The notes beneath the pieces are model-generated. The model made no database searches and was not told where the DNA came from. It worked only from the letters and a program-made list of their open reading frames with translations. The position numbers and the translations under genes were made by a program. From a bacterium (GTDB lineage Bacteria; UBA8248; JACPRG01; G963555815): a stretch of DNA of 64,000 bases. Every line of letters begins with the position of its first letter. The first letter of the stretch is position 1. Location of the stretch: positions 3,598,234 through 3,662,233 of the forward strand of contig OZ244653.1 in NCBI GenBank assembly GCA_965218795.1. Reading direction: 5' to 3'. Shown piece by piece: positions 8,373-17,474 of this stretch.

Positions 8373-8713
8373 AACAGTTTCTCTTCGGGATAGCGGCGTT
8401 CGCCTTGGGGCAGAGGGCCCTGCGATACTTCCGCTCGCGCAGGGCGAAAGGGGACGCAGGGCGAGGCGACTCCGGCTTCACTCGGAAGCCGGGATGGGCG
8501 CAGGTGATAACCGATTTTGAACACGAGGTCGGCGCCCTCAAGCTGGAATGGGAAACGGGGGCGAGAACCAAGAAAGACTACCGCCGCGCCCTCGACGACC
8601 TGGAAGATAAGTTGAACGCCCTCCGGGAGGAGATAACCGAGGAAACCTACCGCCGCGCCCTCGCCGGCCTGGAAGATCGGTTGAACGCCCTCCGGGAAAC
8701 GTCCGTCGAATGA
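8369..8713 (+). CDS. Small TM plus coiled-coil protein (or the frameshifted C-terminal half of the DUF697-like gene)
   Basis: The GTG at 8369 overlaps the TGA at 8370-8372. It reads VKQFLFGIAAFALGQRALRYF (TM helix, DUF697-like end), then two 23-aa repeats: YRRALDDLEDKLNALREE and YRRALAGLEDRLNALRE. Confidence 0.45.
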   Translation: MKQFLFGIAAFALGQRALRYFRSRRAKGDAGRGDSGFTRKPGWAQVITDFEHEVGALKLEWETGARTKKDYRRALDDLEDKLNALREEITEETYRRALAGLEDRLNALRETSVE

Positions 8714-9309
8714 TTCCAGACGGTCTCGGACCCGCGCTCTGGGTCCCTCCCCTGGCGGGGGCGCTCATCGGGTATGCAACGAACTACCTGGCCATCTGGA
8801 TGTTGTTTCATCCGAGGGCCCCGATCCGGGTCCTGGGACGGCCGGTCCCTTTTTCGCCGGGCCTGATCCCGCGTGAGCGCGGGCGCCTGGCCGAAGCCAT
8901 CGCCGAATCCGTCCAGCGGGAGCTTCTCTCCGGCCGGGAGCTGGTTGATTTGCTGAAGGATTCCTCCCTCAAGCGGCAGGCGGTGAGGACCGTCGGCGAT
9001 CTGGTGGATGACAAGTTGAAGCCGTTTCCCCTTCCCGAACCCCTTCGTTACCAAATCAAGCTCCTGCTGGCCCGTGAGGTGGTGAAGCAGGTCGACGCCT
9101 TTTTCGAGGAGCGAGCCCCGCACGTCGCCGAAAGCCTGGACGTGAAGGGAGCCGTCGCGGGTAAACTGAACCAGATGGACCTGGCCGAGATCGAGGCCCT
9201 GGCGTACCGCGTCTCCGGCCGGCATCTTCGATTCATTACCTGGTTCGGCGGGGTGATCGGCCTCCTGGTCGGATGCTTCCAGGCGCTGATCATCCTGTGG
9301 CTCAGGTGA
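8710..9309 (+). CDS. DUF445-family membrane protein
   Basis: LAGALIGYATNYLAIWMLFHPRAP at the N-terminus and a C-terminal TM helix. There is an ATGA overlap with the preceding ORF. Confidence 0.75.
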   Translation: MIPDGLGPALWVPPLAGALIGYATNYLAIWMLFHPRAPIRVLGRPVPFSPGLIPRERGRLAEAIAESVQRELLSGRELVDLLKDSSLKRQAVRTVGDLVDDKLKPFPLPEPLRYQIKLLLAREVVKQVDAFFEERAPHVAESLDVKGAVAGKLNQMDLAEIEALAYRVSGRHLRFITWFGGVIGLLVGCFQALIILWLR

Positions 9310-9323
9310 AGGGGACCCGAAGC

Positions 9324-12300
9324 ATGGTATCGAATGCGGGCGGCCGCCTGACGGTACGGACCGGTCCTTTCCATCCTGATTTGGAGCGTGGTCTTCAAGA
9401 GATTCTGGAGTCCCGGCTGGCATCCATCCGGCAGAGCCGCCGGCTGAGTCCCTGTGCGATTGTCTCGCTCTCCGGGGAAATTCGCCGGTATCTGAAACAC
9501 CGAATCACCCTCCGGTGGCGGATGAGGCTGGCCGGCGTCCACTTGTTGACGGCCGATTCCCTGAGCCGGCGCATCGTGGCGACGGCGCCCGCCGGACAAA
9601 TCAGCCGGAGAGTGGACGACCTGGTCCTGGCGGACCTGGTGCGGGATGCCGTCTTGAACGAAAAATTTCCGTCCGAGTGGAAAGACCTCGTCCGGTCTGC
9701 CGGAGGCGCCGCCGCTCTCCTGAGAACCCTGCGGGACCTCGAAGAAGCGCGGATTCCCCCCGAGGCCGGACAGCGGGAGCCCGTGCTGCGTCTTCACCGC
9801 TCGTATCAGGCGGCGCGCAAGCACCTGGGGCTGGGGACTCCGACCGATTCTGTGGAGGAAGCCATCCGGGTCGCCCATGAATCCCGGTTCCTCCAGTCCC
9901 TCGAAAAAATCGTCTATTACGGCTTTTACGATCTGACGCAGATCCAGATGGACCTGTTGGCGAAGGTGTCCGCGCTCTGTCCGGCATCGGTCCTCTTCCC
10001 TTGCGTGGCGGATCACCGGGCATACGGTTTCGCCAACGAGTTCCTGGAGGAGCTCCGGGCTCGATTCAAGGACATGGAAATCCGGCCGGCCGCGGACCCG
10101 GGGATACCCGGTCGTGCCGAGGGTGGCGGGAGCGCCCCGTTACGGTCCGCCATGGGCCGTCTGTTCTTGGAGACCCGGGCTGACGGTTCCTTCGGCATCG
10201 CCGGGGATTCGCTGCGGTTTTTCACCGGCTCGGGACCCGAGGCCGAGCTGGAGACCGCCGCAAAGGAGATCCTCCGCTGGACGGAAGAGGGGCTCGACTT
10301 CAGCGGGATGGGTATCATCGCCCGCGACCTGAGGCCTTATCTTCCATTTCTCCATTCGGTTCTCACGGCCCACGCCATCCCTTTCCGGACGCCCGAAAAA
10401 CTGCCGGTCTCCCGACTGCCCTGGGCAAAAGCGCTGGGGGCGCTTCACCGGATCCTGGCCGAAGGATTTCCCAAGACGGACGTTCTCGAGTGGACGAGCT
10501 CGCCATATTCCGCCTTTCGGGAAGAAGAATCCACATCGGATCATTCCGTCCGGTCGGCGTTGCGGCGGTCCGGCGCAATCCGCGGCCTGGATGATTGGAA
10601 GAAGCTCGCACAGGCCTCCCCGGCGGAATTGGCCGGCTCTCTCCATCCGGGCGCGGAGGGTCAAGCTCCGGAACCCGAGGATGTCAAGGAGGCCTTCCGG
10701 CGGTTTCAGAGGCCCCTGCAGCGTCTGATCGAGGCCGTCGGGCGGTTTCCCGCGAGGTGCGAATGGAGCGGCTTTATCGATGCCTACAGGACGCTCCTCC
10801 GGGAAGTGATGATTTTCCCCGTTATGGAATCAGAAGAGGCGGCCGATCTCCGGACGGTTGACGTCGAATCCGGCTGGAGGTTGATCGAAGACGTCCTCGA
10901 ATCCGTCGGCATCAGAATCGGCATCAGAAAAGGAGCCGGGCAAGAGGTCGAAGCCGCGGATTTTCTTTCAGTCGTGGATGAGCAGCTTGCGGCCCATGAG
11001 GTCCCGTATTGGGATTTTACCCATCCGGGCATTGAGGTCCTGAACGCGCGCGATGCACGGGCCAAACAGTTCGCCGCGGTCATCGTCATGGGTCTTCAGG
11101 AAGGGGTCTGGCCCCGGAGGGAAAATGCGGACCCGTTTCTCGGCGAGGGCATGAGGGAGCGGTTGTCGAAGAGGTTCTCAGTCCGTCTTCTGAAGGGACC
11201 CGAAGGTGTCGAGGAGGAACGGTTGCTCTTTATGCTGGCGCTCACATCCGCGGAGCGATACGTCACGCTGACATGCCAGCGGTCCGGGGAGGACGGCCGG
11301 CCGCTGGTCCGCTCGTGGTACGTGCACGAAGTCGCCCGCGCTTTGGGACATGAAGACGGCAGCCTGCCGTCGGAGATCCATGTCCCCCGCCGTCTCGACG
11401 AACGAATCGGAAATCGGCTGTTTGCCGAACACCTTTGGACCCCCCAGGAATGGAGCGCGCATCTGGCGGCCAATCGGCAGGACTCATCGGAATTGTCGAG
11501 AATCCGGGGGATCCCGGCGGAGTTCTTGAATCGCGGTTTCGACGCCGGTCTTCGACTGGACCGCCTGGGGGAGACGTTGACGGACCGGGACGGCATGACA
11601 GGCAGGCTCCCGGACCTGTGGGAAAGCCTTCGCGGCCGGGGATTCGCGCCGACCGCGCTGGAGCAATACGCGCGGTGCCCGTTCCGATTCTTCGCCGAAT
11701 ACGCCCTCGATCTGGAGGAATTGACGGATCCGGAAGAATCCCCCGGGTTGGAAGCAGTGGAAATGGGCCGTCTTCTCCACCGGATTTTCCAGCGGTTTTT
11801 CAAGGAGTGGTCATCCGGTCGGCCGGACGATGCGCAGGAGCTTCTCCGGGAAGTCATCGAGTCCACCCTGAAGGCTTACGAGGAGAAGGTCCCGGTCGGT
11901 TATCCGCTTCTCTGGAGTCGGACCCGAGAGGAGATCCGATCGCTCGCGGAGCTTTATATTCTGGAAGGGTTGGGGTCCCTGGCGGAGAGCGGATACCGGC
12001 CCGTGGCGTACGAGAAATCGCTCGAAACGACGCTTCTGGACGTGCCGCAGTTCCCCTCCTTCCTCCGCGGGGTCAAGATTCGGGGCCGTCTGGACCGGAT
12101 CGACCGGCGGGAAGGAGAGGCGGGGATCGAGATCCGCGTGGTGGATTACAAGTACCGAAGCGGGTCGAAACCTTCTAGGGGAAAACTGGAGCAGGATGCC
12201 CTGCGGGGGTCGAGACTTCAGCCGCCCTTCTACGTCCTGCTGGCCGAAGCCCAGGAGCGCGATGCAAAGGCCAGCGCGGAATTTCACTACCTTGCGCCCC

Positions 12301-12587
12301 ATTGGCCCGAGCCGGCGGACCGCCGGGACGCCTTCCCGGCCGGGCAGTGGCGGCAATCGCCGTGGGCGGGGGAAATGGCAAAGTCCCTCGCCGCCATCTT
12401 GGGGGGCATTCGCGACGGGCACTTCTACATCATCCCGAAGGACGGCGAATACGGTCACTGCGCGACCTGTTCCTATCAGGTCCTTTGCCGGAGGAACCAC
12501 CGGTCCACCCGATACCGGCAGAAGGCGGACCCCCGGACCCTTGCCATCGAGGGCCTATCGGAAAAGAAATGGCCGCCGAAACAATGA
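9324..12587 (+). CDS. addB: AddB-type PD-(D/E)XK nuclease subunit with Fe-S cluster cysteines
   Basis: About 1087 aa. It has the nuclease motif RGRLDRIDRR...IRVVDYKYRS. A single Cys in EQYARCPFRFF plus the C-terminal GHCATCSYQVLC (CxxCx5C) give the AddB Fe-S staple. No Walker A motif is visible at the N-terminus. It lies directly upstream of a UvrD-like nuclease-helicase gene. Confidence 0.75.
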   Translation: MVSNAGGRLTVRTGPFHPDLERGLQEILESRLASIRQSRRLSPCAIVSLSGEIRRYLKHRITLRWRMRLAGVHLLTADSLSRRIVATAPAGQISRRVDDLVLADLVRDAVLNEKFPSEWKDLVRSAGGAAALLRTLRDLEEARIPPEAGQREPVLRLHRSYQAARKHLGLGTPTDSVEEAIRVAHESRFLQSLEKIVYYGFYDLTQIQMDLLAKVSALCPASVLFPCVADHRAYGFANEFLEELRARFKDMEIRPAADPGIPGRAEGGGSAPLRSAMGRLFLETRADGSFGIAGDSLRFFTGSGPEAELETAAKEILRWTEEGLDFSGMGIIARDLRPYLPFLHSVLTAHAIPFRTPEKLPVSRLPWAKALGALHRILAEGFPKTDVLEWTSSPYSAFREEESTSDHSVRSALRRSGAIRGLDDWKKLAQASPAELAGSLHPGAEGQAPEPEDVKEAFRRFQRPLQRLIEAVGRFPARCEWSGFIDAYRTLLREVMIFPVMESEEAADLRTVDVESGWRLIEDVLESVGIRIGIRKGAGQEVEAADFLSVVDEQLAAHEVPYWDFTHPGIEVLNARDARAKQFAAVIVMGLQEGVWPRRENADPFLGEGMRERLSKRFSVRLLKGPEGVEEERLLFMLALTSAERYVTLTCQRSGEDGRPLVRSWYVHEVARALGHEDGSLPSEIHVPRRLDERIGNRLFAEHLWTPQEWSAHLAANRQDSSELSRIRGIPAEFLNRGFDAGLRLDRLGETLTDRDGMTGRLPDLWESLRGRGFAPTALEQYARCPFRFFAEYALDLEELTDPEESPGLEAVEMGRLLHRIFQRFFKEWSSGRPDDAQELLREVIESTLKAYEEKVPVGYPLLWSRTREEIRSLAELYILEGLGSLAESGYRPVAYEKSLETTLLDVPQFPSFLRGVKIRGRLDRIDRREGEAGIEIRVVDYKYRSGSKPSRGKLEQDALRGSRLQPPFYVLLAEAQERDAKASAEFHYLAPHWPEPADRRDAFPAGQWRQSPWAGEMAKSLAAILGGIRDGHFYIIPKDGEYGHCATCSYQVLCRRNHRSTRYRQKADPRTLAIEGLSEKKWPPKQ

Positions 12588-15500
12588 AATCCATCCCGGT
12601 GGAAGCGGGTCTGCGGGATGCGACCGAGCGGGAGAAGGCCGTCACGACGTTTGAACGCAATGTGGTGGTCACCGCGGGAGCCGGAACGGGCAAAACCGCC
12701 CTCCTGACCGCGCGGCTTCTCCGTCTCCTTTTTCGAAGGGATCATCCGGCCCAGCCGGACCAATGCGCGGCGCTGACGTTTACGAACAAGGCCGCCGGGG
12801 AGATGGCCGATCGTCTGCGCGATTACCTGGAGAGGATCATTCGATGGTCCTCCGCGGGGGGCCCTTCCGGCGAGAGCCAAGGCGTCGCCGCCGGAATCTA
12901 TCGCTCCATCGTTGAGCGGTATGGATGGACGGAGGAAGCGTTGGGGCGGCGCGCCCGCGAGATTCTCCGGGGAATCGAGCAAACTCCCATCTCCACCTAC
13001 CACGGGTTCGCCGCCCGGCTCTTGAGGCGGTACCCGCTGCAGGCCGGCGTGGACCCCTCCTTTCAGGAGGATGACGGAACCGTCTTCGATGAACGGTTCG
13101 AGCGCGATTGGCAGGCTTGGCTGGCCGATGAACTGGGTGAACGCCCCTCTCGAAAGGAATTGTGGGAGCGTGCGCTGGACGCATTCCATCTGGAGGAGCT
13201 CAGCAGCCTGGCCGGAAAATTGTGCTCGGAGATCCTTCCGCTGGATGAGCTGGAGCGAGCCCTGCGCGACGGCTCGCTGTTTGAAGTGGATGAGGAATGG
13301 CTGGCGGGGATTCTGGAAGAAGCGGAGAACCTGATCGCGCAGTTCCCGGACATAAGAAGAAAAGTCCACAAGCATACCGAGGCGGCCTTTCGGATCCTGC
13401 AAGGGGTTCGGGACGGGAAGGATGAAGCCGGTCTCCTGGAACACCTCGATGCCATCCGCGAAGGATCCCGGAGCAAGACCCGTGATTTGACGGATGAGGA
13501 CTATGAGTCTTGCCGGCGGGTCATCCGGATTGCGGAGGGGCTCGCTTCGCTGGACCGGAGGGCCCTTGAAGACGCCCTGACCGCCGTCCTCCCGTTCTCA
13601 CGCAAGTTCAGGGAGGATTTCATCCGGATGGGATACCTGACCTTCGATGCCCAGCTGGCCCGGGCCCGCAACCTCCTCCGCGATCACCCCGACGTCCGGG
13701 GGGAGCTGAAACGGCGGATTCGCCATCTCCTCCTGGACGAATTCCAGGATACCGATCCCATTCAATACGAGATCGTCTTCTACCTGGCGGAGGAACCGGA
13801 ATCGATTGCGGCCGACTGGCGGGAGGTTCGCCTGGAGCCCGGCAAGCTCTTCGTGGTGGGCGACCCGAAACAATCCATCTACAAGTTCAGGGGGGCGGAC
13901 ATCGAGGCCTACACCGCCCTGCTTGAGGATATTCTCGATGAGCCTCCCATGCGGCTCAGCGTGAATTTCCGAAGTCACGATCGGCTGGTCGATGTGGTCA
14001 ACGGGGTGTTCGGGGCATTGCTTCAGGAGAAGGAGAAGATCCAGCCTGTGTATCATCCCGCCCATCCCCGCCCGGACGCACCGGCCGCGCTGGACGCCCA
14101 AAAGGTCGAGGTGCGGGTCGTCGGGCCTGGAGGCGGCAAGTTATGGAATGCGGAAGAAGCGGCCCACTTCGAAGCGCGCGAGATCGCCCGGTGGATTCGG
14201 GAGGACCTGGTCCACGTGGAGAAAATCCCGGACGCCGGAGGGCGGATCCGCGCGATGGAGTACGGTGACATCGCCCTCCTTTTCCGCAAGACGACCGGCA
14301 TCGGCTCGTACATCGATGCCTTGCGCGAGTGGAGCGTTCCCTATCTGGTCGAATCCGCGCGCGGTTTCTTTGAGACGCAGGAGGTCACGGATTTCCTGAA
14401 TCTCCTCGCGGCTCTCGCATTCCCCGAGGACCGCCTCGCCCTGGCGGGGGTCCTCCGCTCGCCCCTTGGGGGCCTGACGGACAAGGAACTTTTGGAATGG
14501 TCGCAGACGGATGGGGAACCGGCAAAGAATTCGTCCAAGGCCGAGGCCGTCATCCGGCGGCTCGATCACCTTCGCAAAGATGTTCAACGGTTGCCGGTTT
14601 CGGAGGCCCTCGATAGGATCCTTCAGAGGCTTCCAGTGTTGGAAACCGCGGCCCTCCTCGCCGGCGAGCAGGGGAGGAGCAACGTCCTGAAGGTCCGCTC
14701 GATGGCGCTCGATCGGGAAGGCCGGCTGGGCACGAGCTTCTCCGGGCTCGTGGACTGGCTCCGGAGCCGGGCGCGGGAGGCGCGGGACGAAGGAGAAAGC
14801 CCCCTGGCCGAGGAAAACATCAACGCCGTCCGGCTGATGACGGTTCATAAGGCGAAGGGACTGGAATTTCCCGTTGTGGTTCTGGCGGGGTTGCAGGCGG
14901 GCGGGCGGCACCCGAAGTCCCGAGTCGATGTCCGCCGGGAAACGTCGTCCGGCGCCTGGGGGCTCAGAATCGATTCCGTCCAGACGCCACGGATGGTTCG
15001 GGCCGACGACCGGGACGTAGACCTCGAGGGCGCAGAAGAGCGGCGGCTGTTCTATGTCGCCGCAACGCGCGCTCGGGAGCGCCTTGTCTTCTCCGTCGCC
15101 CTGAGACACCACCAGGGCGGGAAGCCGGCCAAGGCGGAGGGGTTCCTCGCCCATTTGAGCGAGGCCCTCGGGCTGGATACGCGCTTATCGCAGGAGGACG
15201 CAATCCCCGCCGGCAGCGGGCGGATTGCCCGTGTTGCTGTGCCGCCTCCCGGGACCGATGTCAACGCAGAGGCGGCCGCCGGACCGGTCGCCACGCCGGC
15301 CGGGTTCGAGAAGGCTTGGCTGGACCGGGTGGAGAGAGTGAGGAAGCTTCGAGGTCAGGTGGCGGAACGCCGCCCTTCGGAGCTGGACCTGGAGCGCCGG
15401 GAGACGGCGGAGATTCTGCATCAGGGCAACGCCGATGACCGGGCCGCTCTCATCGGCCGGGTTGCGCACGCCGCATTGGAATCGATCGACTTCGCGGCTC

Positions 15501-15994
15501 CTCGGAATAAGCTCGAAGCGATTGTGGAAAGGTCCCTGGCGGAATGCCGGGTGGACCCGGAGGGGAAGGAGGACCGGGAGATCCGTCAGGAGGTCCAGTC
15601 CATGCTGGAAGGATTCTTTGCATCCGCCGGTTTCCAGGAGAAAATCCAGTCCCACGAAGAATTGGGCCGGGAGGTTCCCTGCCTTCTATCGCATGAGGCA
15701 GGTGAAGGATTTGAACAGGCGGTCGAAGGCCGAGCCGATCTGGTCTTGAGAGATGGGAAAGGGATCCTCGTCGTGGATTACAAGACGGCTGAAGTGTCCG
15801 TCTCGGAAGCGGGATCGAGGGCTTCCGACTTCACGGCACAAGGCGCGCTCTATTGTCGGGCCGTCTCAGAAGCGTTCGGTGAGGAGCCGGTCCGGTTCGG
15901 CGTGGCTTTCCTCAGGCCCGGGGTCATCGAAATATTGCAGAGTGAGGATTTGATCCCAGGTTCCGACAAAGCTGTCGAAAAGAGGATCAGGTGA
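12569..15994 (+). CDS. addA: AddA-type UvrD-family helicase with a C-terminal nuclease domain
   Basis: VVVTAGAGTGKTALL (Walker A), LLLDEFQDTDPIQY, VGDPKQSIYKFRGAD, MTVHKAKGLEFPVV and the C-terminal ADLVLRDGKGILVVDYKT nuclease motif. The ATG at 12569 overlaps the addB end. The 12302 extension lies inside addB. Confidence 0.85.
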   Translation: MAAETMKSIPVEAGLRDATEREKAVTTFERNVVVTAGAGTGKTALLTARLLRLLFRRDHPAQPDQCAALTFTNKAAGEMADRLRDYLERIIRWSSAGGPSGESQGVAAGIYRSIVERYGWTEEALGRRAREILRGIEQTPISTYHGFAARLLRRYPLQAGVDPSFQEDDGTVFDERFERDWQAWLADELGERPSRKELWERALDAFHLEELSSLAGKLCSEILPLDELERALRDGSLFEVDEEWLAGILEEAENLIAQFPDIRRKVHKHTEAAFRILQGVRDGKDEAGLLEHLDAIREGSRSKTRDLTDEDYESCRRVIRIAEGLASLDRRALEDALTAVLPFSRKFREDFIRMGYLTFDAQLARARNLLRDHPDVRGELKRRIRHLLLDEFQDTDPIQYEIVFYLAEEPESIAADWREVRLEPGKLFVVGDPKQSIYKFRGADIEAYTALLEDILDEPPMRLSVNFRSHDRLVDVVNGVFGALLQEKEKIQPVYHPAHPRPDAPAALDAQKVEVRVVGPGGGKLWNAEEAAHFEAREIARWIREDLVHVEKIPDAGGRIRAMEYGDIALLFRKTTGIGSYIDALREWSVPYLVESARGFFETQEVTDFLNLLAALAFPEDRLALAGVLRSPLGGLTDKELLEWSQTDGEPAKNSSKAEAVIRRLDHLRKDVQRLPVSEALDRILQRLPVLETAALLAGEQGRSNVLKVRSMALDREGRLGTSFSGLVDWLRSRAREARDEGESPLAEENINAVRLMTVHKAKGLEFPVVVLAGLQAGGRHPKSRVDVRRETSSGAWGLRIDSVQTPRMVRADDRDVDLEGAEERRLFYVAATRARERLVFSVALRHHQGGKPAKAEGFLAHLSEALGLDTRLSQEDAIPAGSGRIARVAVPPPGTDVNAEAAAGPVATPAGFEKAWLDRVERVRKLRGQVAERRPSELDLERRETAEILHQGNADDRAALIGRVAHAALESIDFAAPRNKLEAIVERSLAECRVDPEGKEDREIRQEVQSMLEGFFASAGFQEKIQSHEELGREVPCLLSHEAGEGFEQAVEGRADLVLRDGKGILVVDYKTAEVSVSEAGSRASDFTAQGALYCRAVSEAFGEEPVRFGVAFLRPGVIEILQSEDLIPGSDKAVEKRIR

Positions 15995-16082
15995 TTCGCG
16001 TTGATTTTGTCCCTATTTCGATCTTCCTTATGACTCACGACCCGGACTCGTTGGCCGATCTTGGATCGTTGCGTTGACGGCG

Positions 16083-17156
16083 ATGGAATGGATGGAAGGA
16101 TACAACGTCAAGGACTTCTCGGAGGCCGACTTTCAGGCGCTTTCGGATTCTCTTGGCGTGCCTGAATATCGGGGCCGGCAGATCGCCTTGTGGGTTTTCC
16201 ACAGAGGCGCGGTTTCTTTTGATGAAATGAGCGACCTTCCCAAGGGCCTTCGAAAGACGTTGAATGAAAACTTCGCCATCAGCAGGTTGAATCTCCTTTG
16301 CGCCCAAGCCTCCAAAGATGGGACGCAGAAATTTCTTTTTCAAACTTCGGGGAAAAACGAGGTCGAATCCGTTCTGATCCCGGACGGAAAGCGCCGGACG
16401 CTCTGCATCTCGACACAGGCCGGGTGCCGGATGGGTTGCACCTTTTGCGTGACGGGAACCCTGGGTCTGATGGCCCAGCTATCGGCCGCCGATATCGCGG
16501 ATCAGTTCCTCGAAGCGGGGAGGCGATCAGCCGAATCGATCTCCCACGTCGTGCTCATGGGGATGGGCGAACCGCTGGACAACTATGACAACGTCGCCCG
16601 GGCCATACGGACGCTGACGCATCCGGAATGGGTCGGGCTGTCCCCCCGGAAGATCACCCTTTCGACCTGCGGGCTGGCGCCGGCTCTGAGCCGCTTCAAG
16701 ACGGAGTTCCCGAAGGTTCGCGTGGCCGTGTCGCTGGGGGCCCCGGACGATGAACGGCGCGACCGCCTCATTCCGGTCAACCGGCGATATCCTCTGAAAG
16801 CGCTGATGGAGACCTGCCGAAAACTCCCGCTACAGCCGCGCGAGCGGATCACCTTCGAGTATACCCTGATGAAAGAGCTCAACGATTCGGAGAAGGACGC
16901 GCGGCGTCTGGCCCGGCTCGTCCACGGGATCCGGTGCAAGGTGAATCTTCTCCCGTTCAACCCGTCTCCGCTTTTGAGCTTTGAACGGCCGACGGACGAG
17001 ACCGTAGACCGGTTTGCGCGGGTGCTCCTCTCCAAGGGCCTGACGGTGACGGTCCGCAAGAGCCGGGGGCTGGATATCGATGCGGCCTGCGGGCTTTTGG
17101 CGGCGCGCCCGCCGGTTCAACCCGTCGCCGCGCACAGCGTCGAATCCGCCGATTGA
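16083..17156 (+). CDS. rlmN: 23S rRNA/tRNA (adenine-C2)-methyltransferase, radical SAM
   Basis: YRGRQIALWVF, CISTQAGCRMGCTFCVTG (CxxxCxxC), MGMGEPLDNYD and the C-terminal DIDAACG. The start is ambiguous (16074, 16083 or 16092). Confidence 0.92.
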   Translation: MEWMEGYNVKDFSEADFQALSDSLGVPEYRGRQIALWVFHRGAVSFDEMSDLPKGLRKTLNENFAISRLNLLCAQASKDGTQKFLFQTSGKNEVESVLIPDGKRRTLCISTQAGCRMGCTFCVTGTLGLMAQLSAADIADQFLEAGRRSAESISHVVLMGMGEPLDNYDNVARAIRTLTHPEWVGLSPRKITLSTCGLAPALSRFKTEFPKVRVAVSLGAPDDERRDRLIPVNRRYPLKALMETCRKLPLQPRERITFEYTLMKELNDSEKDARRLARLVHGIRCKVNLLPFNPSPLLSFERPTDETVDRFARVLLSKGLTVTVRKSRGLDIDAACGLLAARPPVQPVAAHSVESAD

Positions 17157-17237
17157 ATATCGGAATTCCGGGGGTTTTTTCCAAGACGCCCCCAGACCCT
17201 CGGTAGGGCGGGCTACCAGCCCTCCTTTCCGGTGAAT

Positions 17238-17286
17238 GAAAGTTTTTGAGGGGGGTTTGAGGGGACAATTTTCAAAATGCCCTCCC
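17238..17286. repeat. Repeat family A copy 1 (AAAGTTTTTGAGGGGGG...GGGGAC-ATTTTCAAAATG-CCCTCC hairpin element)
   Basis: It aligns by eye with 35538-35590 (same orientation) and 62089-62128 (inverted). All three copies are intergenic. Confidence 0.85.
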
Positions 17287-17412
17287 AGTTTACGCGCTTG
17301 CATGCCTGCTCATCAAGCTGTCGCATGGACGCGCGCCACAGAAGGCCATGATTCTGAGAAAGATTCTCATTCGCGAAATAGCCGGCGCGCAAATGCCCAA
17401 AAAGGCCCCAAA

Positions 17413-17441
17413 TTGACAGGTGTTGGACCGTGCGATAAATT
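17413..17441 (+). promoter_or_regulatory. Sigma70-like promoter upstream of coaD
   Basis: TTGACA (17413-17418), 17-nt spacer, TAAATT (17436-17441). It lies 34 nt upstream of the coaD ATG. Confidence 0.5.
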
Positions 17442-17474
17442 GATCTCCTTTTCCGAGTCTCATCGAGGGAATTC

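Noticed and set aside
12302-12568. A 267-nt N-terminal extension of the addA-type ORF, and similar extensions at 7183-7275 (tlyA), 9273-9323 (addB), 19377-19442, 20652-20762, 22264-22305, 30667-30729, 32871-33092, 37582-37689, 40757-40774 and 50708-50773.
   Set aside because: The extensions overlap the preceding gene or intergenic repeats and translate to Arg/Pro/Gly-rich sequence. The conserved family N-termini begin at the internal starts I chose.
16035-16343. A 102-aa minus-strand ORF overlapping the rlmN 5' end.
   Set aside because: It is antisense to the conserved RlmN N-terminus and has no motif. It is a high-GC artefact.
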